Part shown: one piece after another, positions 13,840 to 26,531 of the stretch
Position numbering within the stretch: position 1 is the stretch's first letter
Layout: each line of letters opens with the position of its first letter
Assembly: GCA_951406725.2 (NCBI GenBank)
Contig: OX597821.1
Coordinates: forward strand, 38,874,001-38,938,000
Source: Octopus vulgaris
Taxonomy: Eukaryota
Reading direction: 5' to 3'
Length of the DNA stretch: 64,000 bases
Translations under genes and position numbers: made by a program
The notes under the pieces: model-generated
Seen by the model: only the letters and a program-made list of their open reading frames with translations
Databases searched by the model: none
Told to the model about the DNA's origin: nothing

Positions 13840-14387
13840 TCCCTTCATTGGACACTAAACTCTTCTTGTGAAGACCTGTTGGGGCAAATGAAATTGAAAT
13901 CGAACCAAATCCTATGACTGGTACCTGCGTGATGCCAGTGCCGCTGGACTGACTCCTGTGCAGGTGGCAAGTAAAGAAACACCGTTTTGACCCCGTGCTT
14001 GAGGAGACTTATTGAGTCAAGTACATCAACATCAAAAATCAATGGAAATTGTAGTTGTGATCCCTGTGCTGGTGGTACGTAAAAAGCACCATCCGAATGT
14101 GGCCGATGCCAGCGCCACCTTGACTGGCTTCCGTGTCGGTGGCACGTAAGAAGCACCAACTGATCATGGCCATTACCAGCCTCGCCTGGTGCCTGTGCTG
14201 GTGGCACGTAAAAAGCACTCACTACACTCACAGAGTGGTTGGTGTTAGGAAGGGCATCCAGCTGTAGAAACACTGCCAGATCAGAGTGGAGCCTGGTGCA
14301 GCCTGCTGGCTTCCCAGACCCCGGTCGAACCGTCCAACCTGTGCTAGCACGGAAAACAGATGTTAAATGATGCTGATGATGATGATG
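13840..14387 (+). mobile_element. RTE 3' UTR with four ~65-100 bp repeat units and (GAT)n tail
   Basis: Colinear with 22845-23383. Confidence 0.85.
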
Positions 14388-15116
14388 TATTCAATTACAA
14401 ATATTTTTGCAGAATTGAAACATTGATAATTTTTTTTTTTTTTTTTTACTCTGCTATTCTCTTCATGAAGATAGAAGCTTGAATATAGTACTTGAAAATA
14501 ACACTATTTATGACAAGTTACTACTATACTGATGAAGTACAAATATATAAAAACAGGTGGCTTATAGATATAAATGTAGAAGAAATCGGAAATATTAAAC
14601 AGATTAGATTTAAATATACAAACAACATATCATATTCAATCACTTGAAAATTAGAAATACCGGAATTCCTTGGCATTACAGGAGTAATGCATTTCTGAAA
14701 AACTTTTTGTAAAGTAAAATTCAGTAACGTGAAATTAATTTTCCTATTGATTTTCAAGTTATAAAGTGATAATGCATTCTGACAGATTTTTTGTGAAAAG
14801 AAAACAAGCAGCATAACCACTTTTGTGTGTGAGAATAATTTCTAAGCATACACAGTACAAATATATATAAACACACTTGAAGAGAAATATGTTAGAATTG
14901 TGATATTGTAATAGGCTATATTCTTACCACAAAAGATGTTGACTACAGTGTGAAGGATGGTGGTCACAGAATAAGTTACTGGAAGGATGAGGGACATTTA
15001 TCTTCTAACTTAGAGTTCAACACCAACATTTATATGGAAGCAGAAGAGCTTAACCAAGAGCATTTGATGTTCCAGATGTATCATCTCTTTCTGCAGCTCA
15101 GTGTAGGATCTGAGCT

Positions 15117-15249
15117 CATCCAGCTGTAGAAACACTGCCAAATCAGACTAGAGCCTGGTGCAGCCTCCATGGCTTACCAGACCCTGGTCGAACCGTCCAA
15201 CCCATGCTAGCATGGAAAACGGACGTTAAATGATGATGATGATGATGAT
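15117..15249 (+). mobile_element. RTE 3' tail
   Basis: CATCCAGCTGTAGAAAC...GGACGTTAAA(TGA)n. Confidence 0.85.
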
Positions 15250-15289
15250 TTACAATTAGGGTTGTTGTCACCAAAAATTTGCAGACCTT

Positions 15290-16160
15290 CTTCTAAAATT
15301 CTTGGCAGTCAATTTCAGTGGAGTGGTAGATTTCTCATATTCTTATCTGTGTTTTCTGCTTGCTCTTCTTCTAACGTCATCAGTTCTTTGTTAGAGATAT
15401 TTTCGATATGGAACATTAGGGACTCAATCACATCATCCTCATTTGCAAGTTTCATTGTTTCTTTCTGCATTTAATGTAGACTTTGTGCTTATAGAAAACT
15501 AGCAAAATCACTGATACAGTATATTTTTCTGAGCATCATTCAAGGCTGAAGATTTCACCTTATTCCATAACTTGGCTATGTTATTCACAACATCCATTTT
15601 ATTGAACTTCTTCCAGGAGTCTCTAATCATGTGTTTATTTTCCCCGTCAGTTGATTTAAAAGTTTTTGGAAAGCTTTTCTCAGGTAATATATCATGAAGT
15701 TAACTACAGCATCTTGATCCATTGGTTGGAGAAAAGAAGTTGTATTCGTGAGGATATATTCTACTCTCTTAATCAATTAAGATCAATTAAGTTCACTGAG
15801 GGACATAGTGCATTCTTTAAAATGTGCATACCGTCTTATTTGAACACCAAATCAGAGGTACATTAAATTCTTCCTTCCTCAGAAGCATTAGGCAATTGGT
15901 GGAAGCTTTAGATCTTTGAAATAAATCTTGAAATAAAAGCTCTACCAGACATGTACTTCCAGAAAGTGCTGTTTTATCAACATTGTATAATTGTTCTGGT
16001 GTGTAGCTCAACTCACCAGCAATCATTTTTTTTTTTTTGCAGCCACACAGAATAACAAGTAGCAGCTCCTGTATCAGTACTGTTAGCTTCACCTGTAACT
16101 TTTTTGTTTTACAAATTCAAGCCCTTCCTAAACCTTTTGAATTAACTTCATTAGCCAGAA
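15290..16160 (-). pseudogene. degenerate pogo/Tigger-type transposase relic
   Basis: Minus-strand YTPEQLYNVDKTAL (compare IYNADETGL) near 15970-16010 and NTTSFLQPMDQDAV (compare NTTSLLQPMDQG) at about 15705-15746. Confidence 0.75.
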
Positions 16161-18922
16161 GAAGATTTTTTCATTAGAAGTTTCACCTTTTTTCAAAAAA
16201 ATTGTCGTATAAACTAAAAAGTTATTTGTCCTATACAACCGCAAAATCTAGAATGGTCATTTGGATATTTGTTGTTAACAAGTCTAGGCAAGTTCAGATT
16301 CTAAATATGCTGGTCACTGTGGTGTGCGTCTTCTCCCTTTCATGATGACAGCATGTTCAACACATTTAATTTATTGGAACACGGCATTCTGGGACATCGA
16401 AATACTGATATTTTGTGTCACATCTGTCAGAAGCAGCTATAACTCTGATTCTAAATGAAGCTGTATATTTAGTCTACTAACACTCCATATATTAAGCATT
16501 CAGACACACACACAAAAATATACATACATACACACACACATATGTATATTGTGATTATAGTTTTTGAAATTGTTGTTTACTTTGATCTTGGTTAAAATGC
16601 TGAGAAGCAGCCTTTTGGCAAAGAAGTGTAGATTTTAAATTACTAAATTTTAACCAAGTTTACGTAAAGGTGAAATTACAAACCGCATCTTGATCTTCGA
16701 GGTCATTGCTTATAAATTCTGTTAATGTGAAATCCTTTAACATGAGATGACTGTATTTTTCATTTCTCGTTTTACTTTTTTGAATGAAAAATAATTAAAT
16801 CTGCTTGAAAGAGGAATAAAAATAAATTAAAATTGTACCAGTAGCCCTAATGAGAAAATACTGAAACGCACAAAATTGGACAGGATGTCTGGGACAGAGA
16901 AATATATTGCCAGAAACATAAGACTATTTCTTGTGTGTACCCAGCTCAACTTCATGGGATGATAAACACTCCAAAATGCCTTTAAACTAAGAAAGCTAAA
17001 AATGGAATGTACTTCGTGCTATCTGAATTTAAACTTTCTGGCAGATAAAAAAAATATGAATTGAATAGATCTTAAATTATTCCTATATTTCTCTTCAAAT
17101 ATATGTAGAATGATTCTACCTTTTTGTTTTTTTACATAATTTTCTTTGTTACTTTTTATCCTGGTTTAGTATGAAGCCAATAAATTCACTAAACTTACAT
17201 GAAAATAACAATTAATTGACTGTCTATTGCCCTAATCTGATGAAGCCCAGAAAATGCAAAAACTGTCTGTTTACAGATATAGATTTGGAGGAAACAGAAA
17301 ATATTAAATGCAAGTATGTAAAGTTTTGAGTCATTGAAAATAATTTTTCATTTCTACACTTGTGTCTTTTCCTTGTGTGATAAATGAGTAAACCATCCAG
17401 CAAACTTTATATGAGAAATAAAAATTATGTCAGTCATTGTAATGAGAAAACATTTGAATGTATGTTGGTGTCTGACATATGGTACACTGAAACAAGTTGT
17501 CCTGAATTTACACAAAAACACTGTGTGTGTGTGTGTGTGCATTCAGCACACTGCTATGAGGAGCATCGACTCTAAAGTGGCTTTTCTATATGAAAATGTA
17601 TAGAAAAGAAGGCGTATGCTAGAATAATTTTCTTACAACCTGAATTTAAACATCATCTGTGAACCATGCTCTTAGCAGCTGTATCTGTTGCTCTTTTCTG
17701 ATAAAGAACAGAAATATTGAAACAGGGCGTCAATAGAAATAGACATAGAAGAAATATGAAATATTAAATAAATTTAAATGTATAACTCTATAAACAAAGT
17801 AATGTGTTGAGTCTCTGGGGGGAAAAAAAAAGCATGAAGTTGGCTATTGCATGTGGAACACAGTTGTCATGAATTTATATATAAGAAAGCTGTCTGTGAG
17901 TGGACTCAACCCTATATTATGGGATTCTCAAACACTCCAAAATGGTGGACACAAAGAGAAAAATAATTAAAACAAAATCATTTTCATTTCACATAATTAT
18001 TGTTATTGTTGTTACCTTTAGATTTGTGTTTCCTTTCATTTTTTCCTTCATTATGCTTGCTTGCTTTATATTTCTAGACAATTTTTCATGTGATGTGATA
18101 CCATTTCTCTATTTCTCTCTGTTTTTAGCTTGTTTCACTGTGAATCACCTCACTTCTCTACATTTTCCTTTTCATCTTTCATTAAAACCTGTTCAAGATT
18201 TGTCTCTGAAAACTTTGTCTTTTTTTCCTTTTAAGTACTATGATTTCAAGAGAAACTATTTTATCTACAGTTTATAACATTTCAAAATATTTTTTTAAAA
18301 ATTTTATCTTAATCATTACGTTATACTTTCTGAGATATAAAACCAGTTAAGTTTGTTAAATTTTGACACATGTAAAATATATGTCTTGGAAATTTCTTAG
18401 CGCTTTCTTTTTTCACTTTACTTTCTTTTACATCACATTTGTCATCCATCTCGCTCAAATGTAATCTGATATACTATTTATTTTCCACCTACTTTCATTC
18501 ACAGAATTACTTCTCTCTCTCTCATTTTTTTTAACCTTCTGAAATATATCTTCTAACATTATGCAGATCTTTCTTTAATAAGATACTCAAGTTTTAGAAG
18601 ATGATTTGTAAAAGTGATGGCAGACTGTAATATTTTATGATTACTCATAAAATTTAAGTTATTTATGAATCCTAGAGTTTATCCATCATGTGGTCAGTTC
18701 CTCAGACAAGATAAAACAAAACATTTTTCCCTGACTGAGAGACTTCCCATGTGTTGGGGGTTAAGTCCCCCAACATATGTGATATATTTGAGTATATATT
18801 GTCTGTGTTCAGGTATTATGTGCTTCTTGTGAATGTGTGAGTGTTTAGGATGGTGTGTGGTGTGTGTACTAAGTTAAATAGTGTGTGTGTGTGTGTGTGT
18901 GTGGCATGTTGTGGGGTTGGTA

Positions 18923-20063
18923 TCAAATGAAGAGTGGAAGTGAGTTGAGCCCATGTGGTGCATAGGAGCAAAGAGAAAAGATTATTTCCTGTTCACAATG
19001 AAGGCGGGAGTCCGGATGGCCCCTGTGCAAAGACAGTCTGAACACAGACAGATGTTGTAATGAATGACCAGTAAAGTGGAAATGGTGTGAGACTGGGGTG
19101 TCATTGCCAAGTGTGATGTCTCAGAGGTGCTCCATAAACCGATTGGCCAAGAGGCATCCTGTTTGACCAATGTACAGGGAAGGACAGAGAGAGCAGGAGA
19201 TGCAGTAAATGACGTTATTTGAAATGCAGGTAAAGGAGTCAGTGATGTGATAGGGACGATGATGAGTGCCTGTGAGGATGGTGGTGTTGGAGAGGTAGGG
19301 ACAGGTGCGACAGCATGGGTGGGAGCAGGGGAACGAGCCAGGTTGGGAGGTGGGATTAGGGGAAAAAACTATGATCACGCAGGTTATGGGCACATTTGAA
19401 GAAGTGAAGGGGTAGGTTGGGGAAGATGTGAGAAGTGGGGGGGTCGAACTGGAGTCATCAGAAGGCTCAGAGAAAGGTACGTTAGAGGGGCAGGGTGAGG
19501 GGTGGTAGGTGAAGGAAAATGGGAGGCAGGAAAACAGTGGATTGGGTAAGAGGAGAAAGAGCAAAGGCACAGTCCACAGATCATGCTCTGGCAAGGGCAG
19601 TGTGAATAGTGGTGAGGGGATGTCCACGTAGGTTGAAGTGAAAAGAAATGAGTTGAGACTGAGTCTCAAAATCATGGTTGTCACTGCAGAGCTTGCGCAG
19701 ACAGAGAAGTTGGAAGTAGGGGATGGAGAGCTTGGTGTGGGTAGGGTGGGAGGAGGAGAAGTAAAGGTAGGAGTGTGAGTTTATAGTGGATGTGGATGGA
19801 GGTAGTGAGAGTGGAGTGGGGTATTCTGATGGAAATATCAAGAAATTCAATGGGAGAGTTAGAGATAGAGCAGGAGAATTCATGGGCAGGATGGAAGGAT
19901 TAGGCAAAAGAGAGGAAGGAGTCTAGTTGTTTGTGGGAGAGTGAGGTCACGCTGATACAGTCAACGATATAACGACCATATAGTTTGGGAGTGGAACCAG
20001 TGAATTGTGAGAATATTTAGGCCTCAACGTAGCCAGTGAACAGATTTGCATAGTTGTGGCCCA
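18923..20063 (-). mobile_element. 5'-truncated Penelope-like element: RT C-terminal half plus GIY-YIG endonuclease, degenerate
   Basis: Minus strand reads GHNYANLF...YGRYIVDCI (RT motifs), then GSFPCSHPCCRTCPY...NVIYCISCSLCPSLYIGQTG..RFMEHL (Cys-rich linker plus GIY-YIG), ending in APHGLN. Confidence 0.9.
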
Positions 20064-20296
20064 AGGCAGCTAGTTGGCAGACACGTTAGCGTGCCAGGCG
20101 AAATGCTTAGCAGTATTTCACCTGTCATTATGTTCTGAGTTCAAATTCCACCGAGGTCGACTTAGCCTTTCATCCTTTCGAGGTCGATAAATAAAGTACC
20201 AGTTTTGCACTGGGGTCAATGTAATCGACTTAATCCCTTTGTCTGTCCTTGTTTGTCCCCTCTATGTTTGGCCCCTTGTGAGCAATAAGGAAATAT
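20064..20296 (+). mobile_element. tRNA-derived SINE, family A (Meta-domain-like core), near full length
   Basis: TGGCAGA A-box-like sequence, GAGTTCAAATTCC B-box, GCCTTTCATCCTTTCGAGGTCGATAAATAAAGTACCAG core. Many copies occur in the window. Confidence 0.8.
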
Positions 20297-20300
20297 ATAT

Positions 20301-21035
20301 TATCATCATCATCATTTTACATCTGCTGTCCATATTGGAATGTGTTGAATAGTTTGGCAGCAGTTGGTGAAGCAGAGGACTGTGCCAAACTCTGCTGTCT
20401 ACCTTGGCATGATTTCTCTGGATGGAATGCCTTTCCAAATGTCAACAAGTTTACTGAGTCTACTGAGTGTTTGTCATGAAGCTAGTGAATACAAGTGAGG
20501 TCAGCAAGTAACTCATAAGATAATACTGCTCAACTGAAGAGGTCTTGCGCTGATGGAGGCTGCTCAAGTTGGAGTATGGCAGAAGAACAGAAACGAGTGT
20601 CTTTCAGTTGAAGAGAGAAACATGGCTACTTCTGTTGGGAAAAAAAATATAGAGAGAGAAATGGTGAAAATGCTGGGGTTTGCTCTCAAGTTACTGTAAG
20701 TGGTTGAGAGGATTGGCCAGGGTGAGTGAGCAGTCGAGTTGTTGAGATTGTGAAAGGAGATTGCAGTGAGTGGTGAACATGGGTGTGGGAACGGGGAAGT
20801 TGGAAGGATGAATTGTTGGAGAGAGATTTGTCAGGAGCATAGAAACAAACGATGTACTTTTAGGGACTCATTTTGAATTGAATGGCTAGGTCTTTTGAAG
20901 TACAACAAATGACTTTGGTCCTTTGTCTTCTCCTCTGTGAGGCTGGACATCTGAAGCTCATTTGTCACCACTTCCTCCATCTTTCAAGGTCTTCTTCTTC
21001 CACGGGCACCATCCACATTTAGAAATTGGCACTTC
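20301..21035 (-). mobile_element. old, diverged RTE 3' fragment
   Basis: (CAT)n tail at about 20303 and a degenerate ORF end (RGRRR...EEVVT) near 20960-21005. Confidence 0.55.
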
Positions 21036-21069
21036 TTTATGCAACTATATATCTGTATATTGTACACAT

Positions 21070-23383
21070 ACAGAGACAATGAAAAGCATATATATGCATT
21101 AACAAGGCTGCAAAGAGAGCGAGGTTTGGAGACAAGGTTGCTCAATAAAGACAATGAATGGGAGAAAGAGAGTCTGCCGAATGTCGACCCAACAGAGGGA
21201 CCAGCTATCCGAATTGACAGTACCTTGGTAGATAAAGCAGAGTATGAAGACAAGGAAAGCCCCTGGCCCATCAGGTATCACTGCAGGGATGCTCAAGATA
21301 TCTGGCGGTGTCAGCTATAGTCTAGATACACATATAACTGCAACAAAGGTAAAGGTGATACTTTAGATACAAATAATTACAGAGGTATCAAGTTATTGGA
21401 TCAGGTAATGAAGGTCATGGAGAGGGTCATAGCCCAACTAATTAGGGAGAGAGTCAGTTTAGATAAGATGCAATTTAGTTTCATGCCAGGGAAAAGTACC
21501 ACTGATGCTATATTTCTGGTAAGACAGCTGCAGGAGAAATACTTAGCCAAGGATAGACCTCTGTACCTGGCTTTCGTTGACATGGAGAAAGCCTTTGACA
21601 GGGTCCCCTGATCCCTTATCTGGTGGTCAATGAGGAAACTAGGGATAGATGAATGGTTAGTGAGAGCTGTGTGAGCCATGTACAGGGACGCTGTCAGTAA
21701 GGTGAGGGTTGGCAATGAGTACAGTGAAGAATTCTGGGTAGAGGTAGGTGTCCACCAAGGTTCAGTCTTCAGCCCCCCTCCTATTTATCATAGCTCTCCT
21801 AGCAATAACAGGTATTCATGACAGGATGCCCATGGGAGCTCCTCTATGCTGATGACCTTGCTCTAATTGCTGAGTTACTATCAGAACTAGAGGAGAAGTT
21901 GCAGTTGTGGAAACAAAGATTAGAATTGAAGGGCCTTAGAGTCAACCTTGCTAAAACCAAAGTCCTAATAAGTAAGAAGGCAGACAAACTACAAATCCTT
22001 TCAGGTAGATTGCCCTGCTCGATCTGTAGAAAAGGAGTAGGTAGAAACTGTATAAGATGTTCCCAGTGTAAGCTATGGACACATAAGAGGTGCAGCAATA
22101 TCAAAGGAAGGCTAACTGGGAAGATAGTTTTTGTATGTGGAGCAATAAACAATGAAAATCTGCAGAGAATAACTTCTGTCACTTTCCAGGGAGAAAAACT
22201 AGAAGTAGTTGATAGCTTCCATTACCTAGGTGACCAAATCAGTAGCTGGGGCGGGTGCTCTGAAAGTGTAGCTGCTAGAATAAGAATAGCTTGGGCAAAG
22301 TTCAGAGAGCTCCTACCTCTGCTGGTGACAAAGGGCCTCTCGGTCAGAGTAAAATGTAGACTGTATGACGCATGTATACGAATAGCCATGCTACATGGCA
22401 GTGAAACATGAGCCGTGACTGCTGAGGAAATGTGTAAGCTTGCAAGGAACGAAGCCAGTATGCTCTGCTGGATGTATAATGTCAGTGTGCATACTCGACA
22501 GAGTGTAAGTACCTTGAGAGAAAAGTTGGACTAAAGAGGCATCAGATGTGGTGTGCAAGGGAGATGACTGTGCTGGTATGGTCATGTAGTGAGAATAGTT
22601 GAGGATAGCTGGATGAAAAAGTGTCACACCCTAGCGGTTGAGGGAACCTGTGGAAGAGGTAGACTCAGGAAGACCTGGGATGAGATGGTGAAGCACGACC
22701 TTCGAACATTAGGCTTCACTGAGGCAATGACTACTGACCGAGACCTTTGAAAATATACTGTGCTTGAGAAGACCTGGCAAGCCAAGTGAGACCATAACCC
22801 GTGGCCTATGCCAGTGATGTAACCAACCCACTTATGCATACCTTTCCTTCATTGGACACTAAACTCTGTTTGCGAAGACCTGTTGAGGCAAGTGAAATCA
22901 AAATCAAATTCGATGACTGGCATCCATGCTAGTAGAGCACTAAGAGCACCATCCGAGTGTGATCATTGCCAAGGCCGCTGACTGGCTCCCGTGTCAGTGT
23001 TATGTAAAACGCAATGCACCATTTGAGCGTGATCATTACCAGCGTTGCCTTACTGGCACTTGTGCTGGTGGCATGTGATAAACAACATTTGAGCGAGGTC
23101 ATTGACAGTACCACTGGACTGGCTCCTGTATAGGTGGCACATAAAAAAACACCATTTTAGTGTGGCCGCTGCCAGTACTGCCTCACTGGCCCTCGTGCCA
23201 GTGGCACATAAAAGCACCCACTACACTCTCAGAGTGGTTGGCGTTAGGAAGGGGATCCAGCTGTAGAAACTCTGCCAGATCAGATTGGAGCCTGGTGCAG
23301 CCTTCTGGTTTGCCAGCCCTCAGTCAAACTGTCCAACCCATGCCAGCATGGAAAGCGGATGTTAAACGATGATGATGATGATG
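21070..23383 (+). mobile_element. 5'-truncated RTE-clade LINE; RT pseudogene with PHD-like finger, repeat-containing 3' UTR and (GAT)n tail
   Basis: NYRGIKLL, QFSFMPGKSTTDAIF, AFVDMEKAFDRVP, GVHQGS, LLYADDLAL, FHYLG, AWAKFRELLPLL, LHGSET, RKTWDEMVKHD, with multiple stops and frameshifts. Confidence 0.95.
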
Positions 23384-23429
23384 TATACATGTTATTCATA
23401 CACACACATATGTGTGTATATGTGGATGT

Positions 23430-23745
23430 ATTCTTATGTATGTGTATGTGTGTGTGAGCATATATATAATGTATGCTTATGTGTGTGTGTGAGCATATAT
23501 ATATATATGTATGCTTATGTGTGTGTGTGTGCATATATATATATGTATGCTTATGTGTGTTTGTGAGCATATATATGTTTATATGCTATATATATGTATG
23601 AGTGTGAGCATATATATATATATATATGCATGCTTATGTGTGTGAGTGTGAGCATATATATATATATATATGCATGCTTATGTGTGTGTGTGTGAGTATA
23701 TATATATATATATATATGCATGCTTATGTGTGTGAGTGAGTATAT
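23430..23745. repeat. microsatellite-derived minisatellite, unit ~TGCTTA(TG)nAGCA(TA)nTG(C/T)A
   Basis: About 8 visible units. Confidence 0.8.
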
Positions 23746-25332
23746 GTATATTGTTCTGTGTGCATGTGTGTTCAAAACCAAAGTGGGAGAGCAGTTAGCC
23801 TTGGTTGGTCAGTTTGTGGTTATTGATGTAGTTGTTGCTGCAGCTAGCTGCATGAAATCCAAAAGCCATGTAAAATATTCAGACATCAATACTGATCATC
23901 TACTGCAGTGTCTTGCTGTCTCGTCTCTAATGTATATCCCTATCTACTCTATATCTGATAACTTGGCAAAAGGCTTTGCTCTACTCATAGTCCAGAAATT
24001 AGAATGCCACAATAGATATTTGACGTAGTCAACAACCTCACCAAAAGCTTATTTTTTTAATTCTGTCATATTTTGCTAACAATACAGTCATTGCTTTAGC
24101 AGTTTTGAATGGGCCATGGTTCATAGCATTTACAATGGTGAGAATGAAAAGTAGGCATCACTGATAGAATACAATGTATATTTTCAAAAGGACTAGTTTA
24201 TTGATTTTCCTGCCAATATACATCAGTACAAGATATATATATTTTCTCTCTCTTCTATCTATCTATCTATCCACCCACCCACCTAACCTACCACTCTATC
24301 ATTCTGTCTATCTAATTCTCATCATTTTTAATATCCACTTTTCTTGATTTGCATGAGTTGCACGTAATTCAGTGAGGCAGATAGTTTGTGGTTGGACACC
24401 TTTCCTGTTGCCAAGCAAAGTAATATTTTTTAATGAGCAGACAAGTTTTCGTGGAAGACTGGAAACAGATGACACTGTTTGTATGACAGAGACACTTGTT
24501 TGCAAATCTCTCATGATGCCAATACTGGGAGGCACACACAGATATACACAAACAGACTAACATACATACACACACACACACACATGTACATATGTGTGTG
24601 TGTGATCTATAAAACAATAGGCAATGACTGACCATACACTCCACTATGATCCTCACACTGCCCACTAATACCAACTAACAGCTACATTTTGGTTGAATAA
24701 GTTATGGTGGCATCAAAAACATTGGTGAATGTAGTTGTAAAACACAGCTTGTGTTCACTATGACTCTCAGTCATCTCACAACAAAACTGTCTTCTGTCTA
24801 TGTTTCCTTAAATATTTTACATTCTATTTTGTTACTGACTACTGAACATTTTTCAGACTAAGTATATGCATGCACATACACATGCATGTGTGTGTGTGTG
24901 TGAGGAGATATCAATATTGCCTTGGTGCAATGGTTGGTGTGAAACTGAAGCTAACATTTTGATCTCATCAGTTATGTACCATGGCCAGTATTCAATTGCT
25001 TGACGATATATAATAATATGTATCATCATCATCAGCATCATTAAATATCTGTTTGCCGTGCTGGCATCTGTGAGACATTTTGACAAGCATTGATGGGTCC
25101 AAAGATTTGCATTGTGCTCCACTGTCTTAGCATGGATTCTAAGCCTGGATGCTAATACCAGTGACTTTGCAAAAGGCACTGATTGCTTTTTGTCATGGCA
25201 CCAGCATAAATGAAGTCACTCTGAAGCTTGCAAGACCAAGATCTTCTTTCACTGAGTGGGGCTGCAGTAGAGAGGGATGTGGCTTTGTGCCAAGAGACGA
25301 GGTGGTAGTCAAAGTATGATATATAAATACAT

Positions 25333-25918
25333 ACAGGTAATCTTGCCAAATGCAATGATTTTGTAAACATCATTGGCCTCCAGTACAAAATGAAAATGAT
25401 GTAACATATGAAACAAAATTGTGCAAAGGGAAACCAATTAGCACTTTACAAAACCAATAATGTTCTCAAGTAACAACAATATGTCTGTTCATAAGGTACT
25501 AAAATACATTCCAAAATAGCCGTGTAAAGTAATATGCCACTACATTCATATATCTTGTAGTTGTCACTATGCGTTGTTGTTTTCAAATGTGATATTATCA
25601 ATTATATTTTACTGGTTGATTTCCAACTACCAAACACTATCAGTTATTATAGATTTCTGACAGAGATCTATACAATTTACTGTGGTGAGACATGTGGAAC
25701 AACTGAAATGACCAACGCTTCAGAAATGTGTCAACTCTAATAGATCGGGAAACATTAACCTTTTTGGAATGAAAATTGTTGTTCGTTGAGATATTTTTTC
25801 TTTGTAAAATGTTTATTTATTTTCCTTGGTTCAGTTTTCTTTGATCTGTTATGGCACTCTGATTTTGCACAGGAGGACAACAACATTCCGAAAATGAATA
25901 CATTTGGCAAGATTACTC
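25333..25918. mobile_element. possible Tc1/mariner-type non-autonomous element
   Basis: GTAATCTTGCCAAATG (25336-25351) is inverted at 25901-25916. The left end reads TA|CAGG. A weak LQKCVNSN transposase-end-like peptide lies near 25718-25741. Confidence 0.45.
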
Positions 25919-26531
25919 CAAACACTACATGCATATATAATCATTGTCTTTGTTTAACATCCCTCTCTCATTGCTGGCATGGGTTAGATGGTTTTACAGG
26001 AATTACCAAGCTAGAGGACTGTGCCTAGCTGTAATGTCTGTTTTTGCTTAGTCTCTACAGCTTTCTAATGCCAACCACTTCACAGCAAATAGTGGGAGCT
26101 TTCTCCATGGCACCTGCACTAATGATGTCATCAAATACAAAATACGATTCTCTGAAGGAGATCAAAGTATGGAAGGGGGACGGAAAGAAGAAATGCACCG
26201 GTGAAGAGAGGAGATACATGGTTTATCCTGGTGGAAAGAGACAGAAGTAGTGAAGGCACATCCTCCAGGTAAAAGGGAAATGTAAGAGAGAGAGAAAGAG
26301 AATAGAGCTAGAGGTACTCAAAGAGTGGTTGGGTAGGTAAGTTTGTGTGTGTGTGGAAAGAGTGTGACAGATGATAAGAGATGATAAGAGTGGACAGCAC
26401 ATCTGATGAGTTACCTTTATAGCCAAGTGCAATAAGAGACATGAAACCAATGATAGCTTTCTGATCTTTTATATGCCATAACCAAGGATATACTACTCCA
26501 TTACATAAAATAACATGTAACTTTATATATA

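Noticed and set aside
14429-14447. Poly(T) as the tail of another retrocopy
   Set aside because: There is no adjacent polyadenylation signal or recognisable ORF.
22930-23230. Regularly spaced ~25-bp repeats with variable spacers, superficially CRISPR-like
   Set aside because: They are part of a eukaryotic RTE 3' UTR, the spacers are related to each other, and there are no cas genes.
23850-23960. MKSKSHVKYSDINTDHLLQCLAV, weakly like a hAT/Charlie C-terminus
   Set aside because: It is too short and too diverged to call without a profile search.
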